A stretch of 63,904 nucleotides of DNA, the filler included, from Squatina squatina (lineage: Eukaryota), in the NCBI GenBank assembly GCA_031763465.1. It is 20 parts of one record of this genome, joined end to end, with 100 filler letters (N's around TTAATTAATTAA, not from the genome) between each part and the next. Parts side by side here need not be neighbours in the genome. Positions count along the whole stretch, not along the records: positions 8,950 to 12,954 come from JARFOE010000162.1; positions 13,055 to 20,576 come from JARFOE010000162.1; positions 20,677 to 22,706 come from JARFOE010000162.1; positions 22,807 to 26,987 come from JARFOE010000162.1; 16 more parts are not named here. One strand, 5' to 3'. The stretch's first letter is position 1, and every line of letters starts with the position of its first letter. Of this stretch, positions 12,931-24,140 are shown piece after piece. The notes under the pieces were generated by a model that saw only the letters and a list, made by a program, of their open reading frames with translations, was not told where the DNA came from and ran no database searches. The position numbers were made by a program, and so were the translations under genes.

Positions 12931-13054
12931 ATGTTATGCTGTAGGATATCACAGNNNNNNNNNNNNNNNNNNNNNNNNNNNNNNNNNNNNNNNNNNNNTT
13001 AATTAATTAANNNNNNNNNNNNNNNNNNNNNNNNNNNNNNNNNNNNNNNNNNNN

Positions 13055-13412
13055 ACTCCAGCGCAGTGCTGAGAGAGTGCTGCACTGTCAGGGGTACCGC
13101 CTTTCGGCTGAGACATTAAACTGAGTCTCGTTCTTCTCCCTCAGGTGGATGTAAAAAAATCCCCTGACGCTATTTTAAAGAAGAGCTGGGGAGTTATCCC
13201 TGATGTCCTGGCCAATATTTATCACTGAATCCACATCACTAAAACAGATTATCTGGTCATTATCTCATTGCTGTTTGTGGGAGCTTGCTGTGCGCAAATT
13301 GCCTGCCGTGTTTCCCACATTGCAACAGTGACTGTACTCCATTGGCTGGAAAGCGCTTTGGGACGTCTGGTGGTCGTGAAAGGTGCTATATAAATGCAAG
13401 GTTTTTTTTTCC
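13055..13412 (+). mobile_element. DeuSINE (5' end lost in gap)
   Basis: Deu core CTCAGGTGGATGTAAAA...GTCCTGGCCAATATTTATC and L2-like tail AGGTGCTATATAAATGCAAG. Confidence 0.9.
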
Positions 13413-14784
13413 CTTTTATGATGGATATTTAGAACTTACTCATTCTATTCCAATTGTAGGGCTCAGATGACATCAGAAACCTACCCAGTAAAGCTCAGCC
13501 ATTGCTAAGCATCATCTTAAATCCAAGATAGGATTACTGCCATGAAATCACACCTTGGAATCTGTTACTTGCTATCATATGAAGCATTTACATTTTGTTG
13601 GTATGTGTTGTGGAGGAGTGTCAGTTTCCTTTTTGCTCTCCCTGCTTGTTACAAATGACACAATTGAACCATTAGAGGTTGAGTATCTTTTGGACCCAGT
13701 CTTGAAAAGTAGAGGAGAAAAAAGTCACAAAATTTAGCCGAGCCTCTCACCCTTATTGGCAAAGTCTGCATCCTCTGTTAAAAAAAAAGGCTTATCCCAG
13801 AAAACCTAAAGTGAGTACAATTCCCCACGGAGTCAGTCACACTATAAAAGCGAGCACTGAAGGACTTATAACTGCTGACATTATTAGCTCCTTTCATATG
13901 CAGTCCTGTGGTTACAGACGGTGACAAGCCCCAGTAGCTCTGTATTCACTTCAGCAATAAACAGCTCGTGAGTGTAACGAATGGAAAAGTGGCTTGTTCA
14001 GGCCTTCTGTTTTTACTCAACCCTTCTCACCCCCTGTTAAGTGGACATGCTCGTAATGTCTCCAAAATGAAAAGGAAAAAAAAATAAAAGCCAAAGGGGG
14101 AGAACTGATGAAGCCTGTGATTGACACAAGCGTGACCATTCATTATTACCAGGTCAGATCGAAGGGACCTCGTTACTTTATGAAGGAAATTTCAGTTGAA
14201 GCCATTGTCCATGTTTTAAAAAAAGTTGCTTGTAACAACAGTACACCTTCACTCAAGCTGCACATATAGAGCAATTGTCTTTAGAATTCAATAAAGAAAA
14301 GTAGATTGAAAAATATACCTAAGATAACAGATTAGGGCTTTACATGGGACTAAGACAACAGAGGGGTTGACTGACATGACAACAGAAGACGAGAAATTAT
14401 TGTGGCGATTTTAGCAGCCAAATGCTAGTGTGCTCGAATGACGTTCCTGTACTATTTTGTCAGAGCTGTCATATCACAAGCATGTCACATCAAAAGGTTA
14501 AACATTCATCTACTTCTGGCCTGTAGTGCGTCACATAGGGTGAAGGCAATTGCAGGCTCGGATAGCATCATAAACAGGAAAAGTCAACAGCTCTATAAAC
14601 ACCATCTGAAACTTGAGATTGTACTTCAGCCTTTTAATATGTACAAGGTAGGTCATTCCCTTATAATATGAAGTTAAATGAAACCAGATATGACTGTAAC
14701 TCAAATCATGTAGTGCATTAGTTCAAGTCATGTGATTTGACCATTTAGGATGTCGTCTAAACCCATATGTTGTTGCCCCATAAC

Positions 14785-14955
14785 TAGGGTGATCAGACAT
14801 TCTGGTTTTGCCGGGGCAGTCCCGGTTTTTCAGGAAACATCCTGGTGTCCCGACATCTTAAAATTGTTCAAATGTCCTGTTTTTTTGTGCTCCCTCGACT
14901 GTGCATGTGCGGAATGATTGTCCCAGTTTGCCAATGTTAGGATCTGGTCACCCCA
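14785..14955 (+). mobile_element. hAT (Blackjack/MER81-MER94-like) MITE
   Basis: Terminal inverted repeats TAGGGTGATCAGA / TCTGGTCACCCCA. The body is shared with 25105-25322. Confidence 0.8.
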
Positions 14956-15070
14956 CCTTAAATGCATCTCTGCTATTCGCCTCAAACACTCCCTGTGGCA
15001 GCGAGTTCGACTTTCTTAGAATTATGGCCCCTAGCTTTGGACTTCACCACAAGTGGAAACCTCTACTCTA
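14956..15070 (-). mobile_element. CR1 3' fragment
   Basis: CCTTAAATGCATCTCTGCTATTCGCCTCAAACACTCCCTGTGGCAGCGAGTTC is a CR1 ORF2-end sequence. Confidence 0.6.
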
Positions 15071-15072
15071 AG

Positions 15073-15380
15073 CCTGCCCTATTAAACCCGCGACCTCTGC
15101 CACCTAGAAGGACAAGGCCAGCAGTCGCAAAGCACCACCACCACCTCCAAGTTCCCCTCCAAGTCACACACCATCCTGACTTGGAAATATATCGGCCGTC
15201 GACGCTGGGCAAAATCCTGGAACTCCCTCCCTAACAGCACTGTGGGAGCACCTACACCGCACGGACTGCAGCGGTTCAAGAAGGCTGCTCACCACCACCT
15301 TCTCAAGGGCAGTTAGGGATGGGCAATAAATGCTGACCTGGCCATCGATGCCCACATCCCAGGAATGAATTTCAAAAAAA
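15073..15380 (+). mobile_element. 3' end of CR1/L2-group LINE (family B)
   Basis: Peptide remnants NPRPLPPRRTR...HHHLQVPLQVTHHPDLEIY / KSWNSLPNSTVG...LQRFKKAAHHHLLKG, followed by an A-rich tail. Also present at 1-170 and 46140-46337. Confidence 0.8.
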
Positions 15381-15384
15381 GATG

Positions 15385-15635
15385 TTGCCTTTGAAGTGAG
15401 ATGTTAAACTAAGGCCCTCTCAGATCACACAGCACTGATTAAATGAAGGACACAAGAGTTCTTCTGGTGTGCTGGCCAACATTTGTTTCTTCAGCCAGCA
15501 TCAGTAAAACAGTTTATCTGGTCATTTATCTCATTGCTGTTTATGGGATCTTGCTGTGTGAAAATTGGCTGCTGTGTTTTTCTAAATTACAACAGTTACT
15601 ATAGTTCAAAAGTACTTAATCGGCGGTGAAGCACT
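15385..15635 (+). mobile_element. DeuSINE fragment (old)
   Basis: GAGATGTTAAACTAAGGCCC...TATCTGGTCATTTATCTCATTGCTGTTTATGGGATCTTGCTGTG. Confidence 0.75.
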
Positions 15636-15716
15636 GGCAGTGCCTGCCCTCGCTTTCTATCTTAATCCACATCATGACTCCTGATGTCACTGCAGTTGGG
15701 ATTGTGCACAAAATGG

Positions 15717-15768
15717 CATAAGACCATAAGACCATAAGAAGTAGGAGCAGGAGTAGGCCATTCGGCCC
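15717..15768 (-). mobile_element. CR1 3' terminus with octamer tail
   Basis: (ACCATAAG)n followed by AAGTAGGAGCAGGAGTAGGCCATTCGGCCC. The rest lies in a gap. Confidence 0.8.
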
Positions 15769-16410
15769 NNNNNNNNNNNNNNNNNNNNNNNNNNNNNNNN
15801 NNNNNNNNNNNNNNNNNNNNNNNNNNNNNNNNNNNNNNNNNNNNNNNNNNNNNNNNNNNNNNNNNNNNGGTAATAAATCAATGGTAAAAAATATTATACA
15901 ATCAATGGTTTTACATTTCTCTCAAAATTAGAAAAATGTTAAATTGTACGGTCCCTTATGTCAATAAAAAAAAAGTGAATAATTGTTTATGGAGAAAGAA
16001 ACATTTTCAGTGGAGCTGAGCCATTAAATCCACCCCCTTCAGGAATCCTGGAAGTAATATACAAGAACCAGATGTTACAGTGCGGTACCTCTCCAATGAA
16101 AACACAAATGTCAGGTTTAAGCCTCAACACAGAAAGACACATTGGAAAAGTTTGGTTCCGCACCGGTGTACAGAAAGTGGAGTGCACTTCCACTGAGGAG
16201 ACAGTCCAGAGTTGTCAAAACAAGGAAGTCTATGTGGAGGAGAGTTCTGCACTTTCAAATAAGCTTCAATTTGTAGGTACGCTCCCCCCCACCTCCCCCC
16301 ACCTCAAGATATTTCTTGCCTCTAACTTGCACAAATAGATCTTTTAGCATCACAGAATCCAAAGTTTTGCAGAGACATAAAAGTTAATCCTTCTAAAAAA
16401 AAACTTTTAA

Positions 16411-16955
16411 CCAATTACATCCCCTGCTCACCTGAAGCTGCTGACTCTTTCTGGGGCACGGTTCCATGGGTGTGTCCTGGTCTCTGATTCTTCATCTAAG
16501 GGTCATTCTTCTTGTGTGAGCCGAGATAATGAGTGTCTATATGACCATAGTGTCCAGCCCAATCCTGGTCCTCACCCAAGGTAGAGACATGCACACCTTG
16601 CAGGTGAAATTGCCCAATAGTTTCCCTCCCTGGCCTAAGGACACTGAAGGCAATTTCAATGCCACCGACAGTTTCTTTAACTGAGATCAGCCTAACTTAG
16701 CATAGGTTGACAATTGAACATTGGGTCTTCCTTCTTTTTCTTCTTAGGCAGTCCCTCGGGGTTGAGGATGACTTGCTTCCACTCCGGAGTTGATTTGCAA
16801 ACTCTGCCACAGGTGGGGCAGGTGGTGTTTGATGGGGTGAGTGGCTGGGATGCTTGGGTTTCTGCGTGCTCCTTCCACTGCCTGCACTTGGTCTCCATGT
16901 GCTCCCGCTGGAGAAGCCCTTAGCAACACAACACACAAAGCATTGACCTGACACT
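16411..16955 (-). mobile_element. AmnSINE2-like tRNA-derived SINE, split by an RTE insertion
   Basis: Minus strand has GCTAAGTTAGGCTGATCTCAG, GGGTGAGGACCAGGATTGGGCT, GGCTCACACAAGAAGAATGACC and CCATGGAACCGTGCCCCAG. The head remnant is at 16908-16955. The family name is from recollection. Confidence 0.55.
16732..16907 (-). mobile_element. RTE LINE 3' end
   Basis: ORF 16692-16898(-) contains PSNTTCPTCGRVCKS (C-terminal Zn-finger remnant) and ends in a (GAA)n-type tail. Homologous to 58525-58715. Confidence 0.85.
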
Positions 16956-17054
16956 ATTCTAACCTATATTACGATAATTTGAGACATAGTCCGATTGCTT
17001 CACAGTATTTTTGTTGCTGGCCTACATGCAACTGATTTATAAATGAGTAAGTAA

Positions 17055-17180
17055 ATTTACATAGAATTACATAGAGCTTACAGCATAGAAACAGGCCATT
17101 CGGTCCAACTGATTTATGCCGATGTTTATGCTCCACACGAGTCTCCTCACTCACTACCTCATCTAACCCCATCAGCATGT
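17055..17180 (-). mobile_element. CR1 3' terminus
   Basis: TTACATAGAATTACATAGAG repeat tail followed by AGCATAGAAACAGGCCATTCGGTCC. Confidence 0.75.
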
Positions 17181-17296
17181 CACAGTCTGATAGGGTTAGA
17201 TAATGTAGGGATGGAGGATTTACATTCTTTGCAGTGTTCCTTCTCTTTTCTAAAACTGTAATGTGAGCGAGCTATTGTTCAAACTGAAACTCTCTC

Positions 17297-17421
17297 CTGA
17301 TAGTCATTGACCTGAAACGTTGACTCTGTTTCTCTCTCCACAGATGCTGCCTGACCAGCTGTGTATTTTCAGCATTTTCTGTTTTTATTTCCGATTCCAG
17401 CATCCGCAGTATTTTGTTTTC
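17297..17421 (+). mobile_element. Penelope-like terminal-repeat insertion with TSD
   Basis: GACCTGAAACGTTGACTCTGTTTCTCTCTCCACAGATGCTGCCTGACC...CCAGCATCCGCAGTATTTTG, flanked by GAAACTCTCTC (17286-17296) and GAAACTTTCTC (17422-17432). Confidence 0.75.
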
Positions 17422-18668
17422 GAAACTTTCTCAGCATACTCTACTGAAGTGTAGCTTTTTCTTTTGAAAATTAGTAATAGCGTGGCAACATCTGCAATAT
17501 TAATGTGCTAATGACTGCTGTTGTGGAGTAGCATTAAAGTATTTGCCAAATTTCAACACAGTCTCCAACTCAGCCAATATAATGGAGGATAGTCAGGAAA
17601 CGTCTGATCACTGAGTCAGTAGGAGTGCTTCAGATTCAGACACACCTGCATCTTTAAGTCATGAAACTGCCCTGAGAGTTTGCGTCAATGTTTGTTGTGC
17701 GTCAATCGCAATTCATGATATGGTGCTTCGGGCTATATGCTCATCTCTCAAAATTGTTTTCATTTTTGCTTGAGGTGGTGAAGCGTATTGGGTGCCACTC
17801 CCTAGGAAACTGACTGCTAAAGCCTGAGGCCTACAATACATCCAAAGCAGCCAAGCTGTGCAGCAGGGCTCATTCAGCTACTTTAATGCGACAGGCAAGC
17901 CATGCCAGAATGTGGATGATTTGCCGATGCAATATCCCTGCTGCATTTGGAACATGAAAGGACTGTTTCTTCAAGAAAACAAATTAGTGCCCTCTGGCAC
18001 CAATATTCCTTTGTCTTTTGCTCCTGCGTCCCTGTGCCCCTTTATTCCCCAGCACAATTCCCTTCCCTCACTACACCAGGAAACTATTTGGGGCACAATG
18101 GCAACCAGGAACACTTCACTGGCGACTGCTGCCCCCAAAAAGTGGGCTTGCATGTTGCAAGAGAGTAGTAACTTGCCAAGTACAGTGATCTTGCTTCACC
18201 TGGTGAGGTTAGCCCAGTTCTGCACTAGCTATAGTCACCTGGGTGCTCAGGCCACACTATGCGTCCCATTGTGCCACCTCTGTGTATGCTGCACTCCTTT
18301 GGCGGTGACATATGGATTGCATTGAACTCCAATGGTTTTCAAATTAGGTTGTGCGAATATTAGCAGATGAATACAGTGCATTTTTATAAATACTTTCCTC
18401 CACTATATTAATGAGTCATTAATCCATAAAGTAAGTAGGATCTAGAATGCATTAATTGGCATGTGAGCTAATTGGGATTCCATCAGTTAGAAAGCTTTTA
18501 TTTAACAAATGGAATAACTACTACATTGCACAGCTGCCTATTGAATATCCTCTACATAATATACGATGNNNNNNNNNNNNNNNNNNNNNNNNNNNNNNNN
18601 NNNNNNNNNNNNNNNNNNNNNNNNNNNNNNNNNNNNNNNNNNNNNNNNNNNNNNNNNNNNNNNNNNNN

Positions 18669-19112
18669 GCTTTCTTCCATACAACAAGGAATATATGAAT
18701 TTCTAAACCCCTGAGGTATACTGCGTTTTGTGGCAGCTTTAATAATTCCTATAAATCTGTTGAAGGCATTGGTGGTTAGTAGAATCCACCTGATGTTAGT
18801 GTGAACTGACCTTTGGAAGGTTTCCCAGTCTGCTTTTTTTGATGTTCCATCGTGGTTCCGGTATTGATGTAATGACAGGAATTTTGATGCCAATGTTGAT
18901 GATTGAGGGCCTGTATTGACTGTTGGGGAAGTTGTCAAGAACGGTTCTGGAGGGGATGATTGGGTTTCCTTTGCTGTCTTTAGAAACTAAACATAGGTTT
19001 GGTTATATTCTCTCTGCCGCCTTGATGAATGAAACTCACCTCGATCTTTGGAACCAAAATGAGGAATTTATTCTCTAGTGAAGCCCACTGTACAATTGCT
19101 TCTCCATTATAG
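18669..19112 (-). mobile_element. Ingi/Vingi-like non-LTR retrotransposon fragment (end of AP endonuclease plus linker)
   Basis: Piecewise translation: NGEAIVQWASLEN / SKDRGEFHSSRRQREY / PNLCLVSKDSKGNPIIPSRTVLDNFPNSQYRPSIINIGIKIPVITSIPEPRWNIKK / ADWETFQRSVHTNIRWI...AFNRFIGIIKAATKRSIPQGFRNSYIPC. Confidence 0.65.
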
Positions 19113-21657
19113 CTGCTTGGCTGAGAGAAGTGAGTTCCAATCACATTAGTAATGCTTAGGGCGGGGGCTCCAAAAATCTAAGTACTGTTCAGTGGGTGAG
19201 GAGGGGGCGCTCTCACTATATTACTTCTCATTGCAGGAGATGCCAAGTACAGTTTGGGGGGAGGGGTGGCTGTTCACGTTCTCCCTATTCCACAGGATGG
19301 GGAAATACAATGGGGAGTTGGGCCTGATCCTAGAATTTCTGCTGAGTGTGGAGAGGGTTTAATGTGGGTTTGTGGCCTGACCCTGGAACACCTGCTCTTG
19401 TGAGGAAGGGGCAAGGGCTTGGCCTGGACTTGGCATTTCTGCTCTGTGGGAAGGATTGGGTTTCTGGTCCAATCCTGCTATGTCTGCTCTAGAGAATTGA
19501 GGATAAATATCGTTTTGCGGTCCTTTTCCTTGAATTTTTGGCTCATTGAGAGGAGCGGGAGCGGTTTCCTGGTCCATTTGGTAATGTTCAGCCATTCAGT
19601 AATGTTTCTGGATCCAGAGTGACACGCGCCGTAACTGGGGTGTATCAGGGAAAAAGCTCCTGGCTTTATTACTAGGAAAACTGCTTGATCGCCAAGCGAT
19701 AATGTTAATGGACCACAGAGATTCAGTTGTGATAGCCACTGAATAGCTATGGAAAATTTAAGAACACTCTTCTTCTGATTACCTTTCAAGTGCGCCAAAG
19801 ACAGCATCCCTGTAGTGTTGTCTGTTCAATGTTGCTAATTTGTGGTGGCTGGAGCAGGCCCTTGTCATGTGATGTACCAGAGAAACATAAAGGAATGTGC
19901 TGCAAAAGATCTGAAAAAGGAATTATTGTCAATGGTTCAACAAATTATTTTATTAGTGATTGAATATAATTGACCATTGACTAATGACCACCTCTTAAAT
20001 GGACCTCACAGCTGGACACGGTTGCATTTTGAGTTTCCTTTTAACTATCATCTTGCCTCTCAGAGTTTGCTCTGATGGGAAACAAAGGGTTAATCAAGAC
20101 TGTTCAGGGACCATTACAGGACCCACAAAAAGCTACAATTCTCTCCCACCACTTGCCCCCGCCACCCTCAACCCTCAACCCCAGACCATTCAACTTTTGA
20201 TAGGTGCTACGTGATTTCCCAGCTCCCGTTTTGAAAAATAGCCCTCCTAATATGATCATCTTTTGACTTCAAATGTTGAATCACACCAATTAATACAAGA
20301 TTTAGCAAAGTGCCTTGAAATATTTAATGTTAGAAGTGAGGATAAAGGGAATGACTCTCCATGCAGGGAAACGTGCAGAGCCTGAATCTTGAACATCTTA
20401 AATATTCCTTTCTCTGCCTCAGTGCTTATGTTTTCTTTAAGTGGCCAAATGTAATATTTTCGAGAGAAAAAAGTCGTGCTAGAACTTCCACAGCTGACAA
20501 AACAAACCCTGTGAAAGAATGGTCTCAGAAACTGGAGTGAGCTGTCTGATAGTGCACAGAGTCGCTTACAGGTGACNNNNNNNNNNNNNNNNNNNNNNNN
20601 NNNNNNNNNNNNNNNNNNNNTTAATTAATTAANNNNNNNNNNNNNNNNNNNNNNNNNNNNNNNNNNNNNNNNNNNNTAATAAACCTAAGGTATTACAATG
20701 GACATGTTACATTCCGCGTCGGAAATACGTAGTCACAGGTTGAGATGTTGTGACAGGTACGTGAACTAAATACCAAGGTGTCTTAATCTGCAAAGGGTTA
20801 TATGATGTGGTTGTGTGTTCTTTTCTAAACCTCTATCTCTCCTATTTCTGGTAGACTCTGATTAGCAGGAGACAGCTTGGAGCCAGTCTGTACAGACTGA
20901 GGGTTTTATCTCCACACAGCTGTGATCGTGTTAAACCATTCGTGCCAGTTGTGACAGGGAAAAACCAAGATGCAGCCATCAATCCAGCGATGTGCCATTA
21001 TGCTGCCCCTGCTCTTCTGCTTAATTCATTTTTAGATTACTGGTGGGGTGCACACTGTTTTTCTTACAATTGGTAGCTGTGAGTTCAGAGCAATACAGAT
21101 TGTTGAGAAGCTGAACTCTGCATTTAGAACAGTCCTGATTATTCAAAGGCCCACTTTTAAGCAATACAGTGGCTGCAAAGCTAAAGTTTTGGACTGCAGG
21201 ATAATAGCCTGCCATCCTCTGGGGGTGAGTGGGAGGGGAGTAGAAGGAAGAAGAAATCAAAGCTCAAACGAGACTTCTTGAAGGCAAGGGATCTGAAATG
21301 AACAGCTACTTCGACTGGGAAAAGCCTTTCCAGAGTGAAAATTACTGTGTCTAACGTTACATAATTGCCAGTCAGTTGACATTTACATTGGATCCATAAG
21401 GACTTTCCATACTGTTGGCAGACCCTAGTGGAATGTCTTTGGAAATACTAACTCCAGGATGGGAAAAGACTGAGCATGTTCGCCGAATAAATGGGCAAAA
21501 TAGCAGGCTCCCTTTCGAGCTTGTACAATGTGACCTACTGGCCCATTCATGTTGTTANNNNNNNNNNNNNNNNNNNNNNNNNNNNNNNNNNNNNNNNNNN
21601 NNNNNNNNNNNNNNNNNNNNNNNNNNNNNNNNNNNNNNNNNNNNNNNNNNNNNNNNN

Positions 21658-22010
21658 GTGCAGTGCTGAGTAAGCAATGCACTCTTGGAGGTGCTGTCTT
21701 TCAGATGAAACATTAAACTGAGGCCCTGTCTGTTCTCTCAGGTGGATGTAAAAGATCCCATGGTACTATTTCTAAGACAAGCAGGTGAGTTATTCCTGGC
21801 CAATATTTATCCCTCAATCAACATCACTAAAAATGGATTATCTGGTTATTATCACATTGCTGTTTGTGGGAGCTTGCTGTGCACAAATTGGCTGCTGCAT
21901 TTCCTGCATTACAACAGCTACTACACTTCAAAAGGTGCTTCATTGGCTGTAAAGTATTTTAGGATGCCCAGTAGTTGTGAAAGATGCTCTATAAATGCAA
22001 GTCTTTCTTT
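21658..22010 (+). mobile_element. DeuSINE (5' end lost in gap)
   Basis: CTCAGGTGGATGTAAAAGATCCCATGG core and TATAAATGCAAGTCTTTCTT tail. Confidence 0.9.
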
Positions 22011-22230
22011 GCAACAATGACATATTTCAAATGGAAAATTTTAGAGAAGACATTTTGCGAAATTTAAAACGGTTCATTTCAAGACCCTGTTTGTTAAAAC
22101 ATCACCACCATGGAGAGAACTGATTCCCGCCATTGTGGAAAGTTTAATAAAGCCTGTTCTAATTTGTTGTTGTAACTGTACATCAACACAAGTAGATGGC
22201 AAAGGGATTTGACATAATATACTGGGCCCT

Positions 22231-22380
22231 TATCTTTCAAAAGGGAATTGGATAAGTGTCTGAGGTGAAAAAATTTTGCAGGGCTATGGGGAAAGCGAGA
22301 CTAGCTGAGAGCCAGCACAGGCTCGATGGCCGAATGGCTTTCTTCTGTGCGTTAAGCTTTCTATGATTTTATGATTCTAT
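22231..22380 (+). mobile_element. 5'-truncated CR1 3' end with TSD
   Basis: GATGGCCGAATGGCTTTCTTCTGTGC plus a (TTCTATGA)-type tail. ACTGGGCCCT is duplicated at 22221-22230 and 22381-22390. Confidence 0.85.
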
Positions 22381-23061
22381 ACTGGGCCCTATTTCCCCTT
22401 TTCTGTTTTGGTAAATGTTGTCCAGTGAATAAATAAAGCCAAGCATTCATGTTTCACATTAAGATTTATAATTTTTGATCAATATTTATTGACTCTTGCT
22501 CAAAAAAATAGAATGTAATTAGATTCTAAAACTATATTTTATGGTTACATCATTGCATTTGGCAGATATGAAATGGAATAAACAATATATTACTTACAGG
22601 GGAAATATTGCCCCAGAAGAGGCATTCATGGATTATCATGTAAATAAATGTTTATTCGGATAAATGTATAATGTAAGATATACATCGAAAAGCAATCAAT
22701 AGTAAGNNNNNNNNNNNNNNNNNNNNNNNNNNNNNNNNNNNNNNNNNNNNTTAATTAATTAANNNNNNNNNNNNNNNNNNNNNNNNNNNNNNNNNNNNNN
22801 NNNNNNAGTCTGTTCCGAGTTAATAAAGACTTCTTATGTGCTGGAACCCTCTCACTATTTCTGTGAAGACTTAGAATAACGGACACGAAAAGCATCTCGG
22901 AATGTCTTGTTACATTAAAGACGCTATTGTTGTTGATTGCTTGAATCTTGTCCTGATCTGATGCTGGGGGCGTGGTCAATAGGGCGGCCTCTACAATTCT
23001 GTAGCAATTGTTTAATGTGGAACAGACTGCTGAGCTACTCCAGGGTCCATTGTGATTCAAT

Positions 23062-23300
23062 CACATATTTTGGGACCAGAGTCACATGTAGGCCAGGCTG
23101 GGTAGGGATAGCAGGTTCCCATCCCCGTAGGGACATGAGTGAACCAGTTGAGTTTTGTACAGGTATCTGGGAATTTTAATGGTCATTTTCCTGCTGCCAG
23201 CTCATAAATTACCTGATTTATTGAATTCAATTTCACAACTTGTCATGGTAGGATTTGAACTCATGATCTCTGAGTTGCTCGTCCAGTGCCATAACCATAT
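23062..23300 (-). mobile_element. tRNA-derived SINE (family B), fragment
   Basis: B-box-like GAGTTCAAATCC on the minus strand. The 5' part is related to 37150-37269. Confidence 0.55.
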
Positions 23301-23765
23301 ATTTCAGTGCTGGGCTTAGCCAGCAGCAGCCTCACTCTACTTCAACCAATATGCTTTAATCCCAACATTATGATGCCTGCACTTACATCAATTTTGTGCA
23401 TTCCCCTGTGAATTTGTGGGGCGAGTATACATCTGGAGGGAATTTGCATGGCCTGCATCACCCAGTCTGAATTTACACAGCTCGTGGAGGGGGAGTGGGG
23501 TAGAGTTTCCCTGTTGGGCGCAATCGGGAAATTGGTCCCAAAATGCACTTGACATGCGCTTCTTAGGTTAGATTTAAGTTTCTGCTAAAATCCGTGTGCA
23601 TAATCACAAATGTAGAATCTTCCATGAACCAGTGCAATCGGGCAACGTAATAAAACGTAATTGTCNNNNNNNNNNNNNNNNNNNNNNNNNNNNNNNNNNN
23701 NNNNNNNNNNNNNNNNNNNNNNNNNNNNNNNNNNNNNNNNNNNNNNNNNNNNNNNNNNNNNNNNN

Positions 23766-24140
23766 GTTTACTGGGTAGCTTGTTGGGCCCAGAGGAAACA
23801 CTTCTGCTTCTTCTGGTTTACAGGCATTGATGTAAAGGTACCTACCTTATGGATTAATCTTTTCTTGCCTCCTTGCAGCTGCCAGGTTTCCCAAGGTTTG
23901 GGAAACCTGGCCAAAATGAGTTTAAAATAGAATTGGCTGTTAAAATGGAAGCAGGCCGCCTCATTATAATATTTAAATCACCAACCTGTCTTCTGCCAGT
24001 GGATTGGTCTCCCACTCCTCATCCCATGTCCGGTGAAACTGGAAGTGGGCGCGTTCGAGGCAAGGTTCCTGTATCAGATATTTTGCATTTTAACCTTGGA
24101 CAAGACCCCAATCCATCCATTTTTTGGGAGTTTAGATTCA
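23766..24140 (-). mobile_element. Non-autonomous DNA-transposon fragment, same family as 57232-57615
   Basis: TGATGTAAAGGTACCTACCTTATGGA resembles the reverse complement of TCCATGAGGTAAGTGCATTTACATCA. GGAAGCAGGCCGCCTCATTATAA pairs with TTATAAGGAGGCTGCCTGCTTCC. Confidence 0.55.

Noticed and set aside
16072..16338. 88-aa ORF with possible splice signals
   Set aside because: No recognisable domain, and the length is within chance expectation.
17858..18325. 155-aa ORF, the longest gap-free ORF in the track
   Set aside because: GTG start, random-looking composition, no domain and no convincing splice boundaries.
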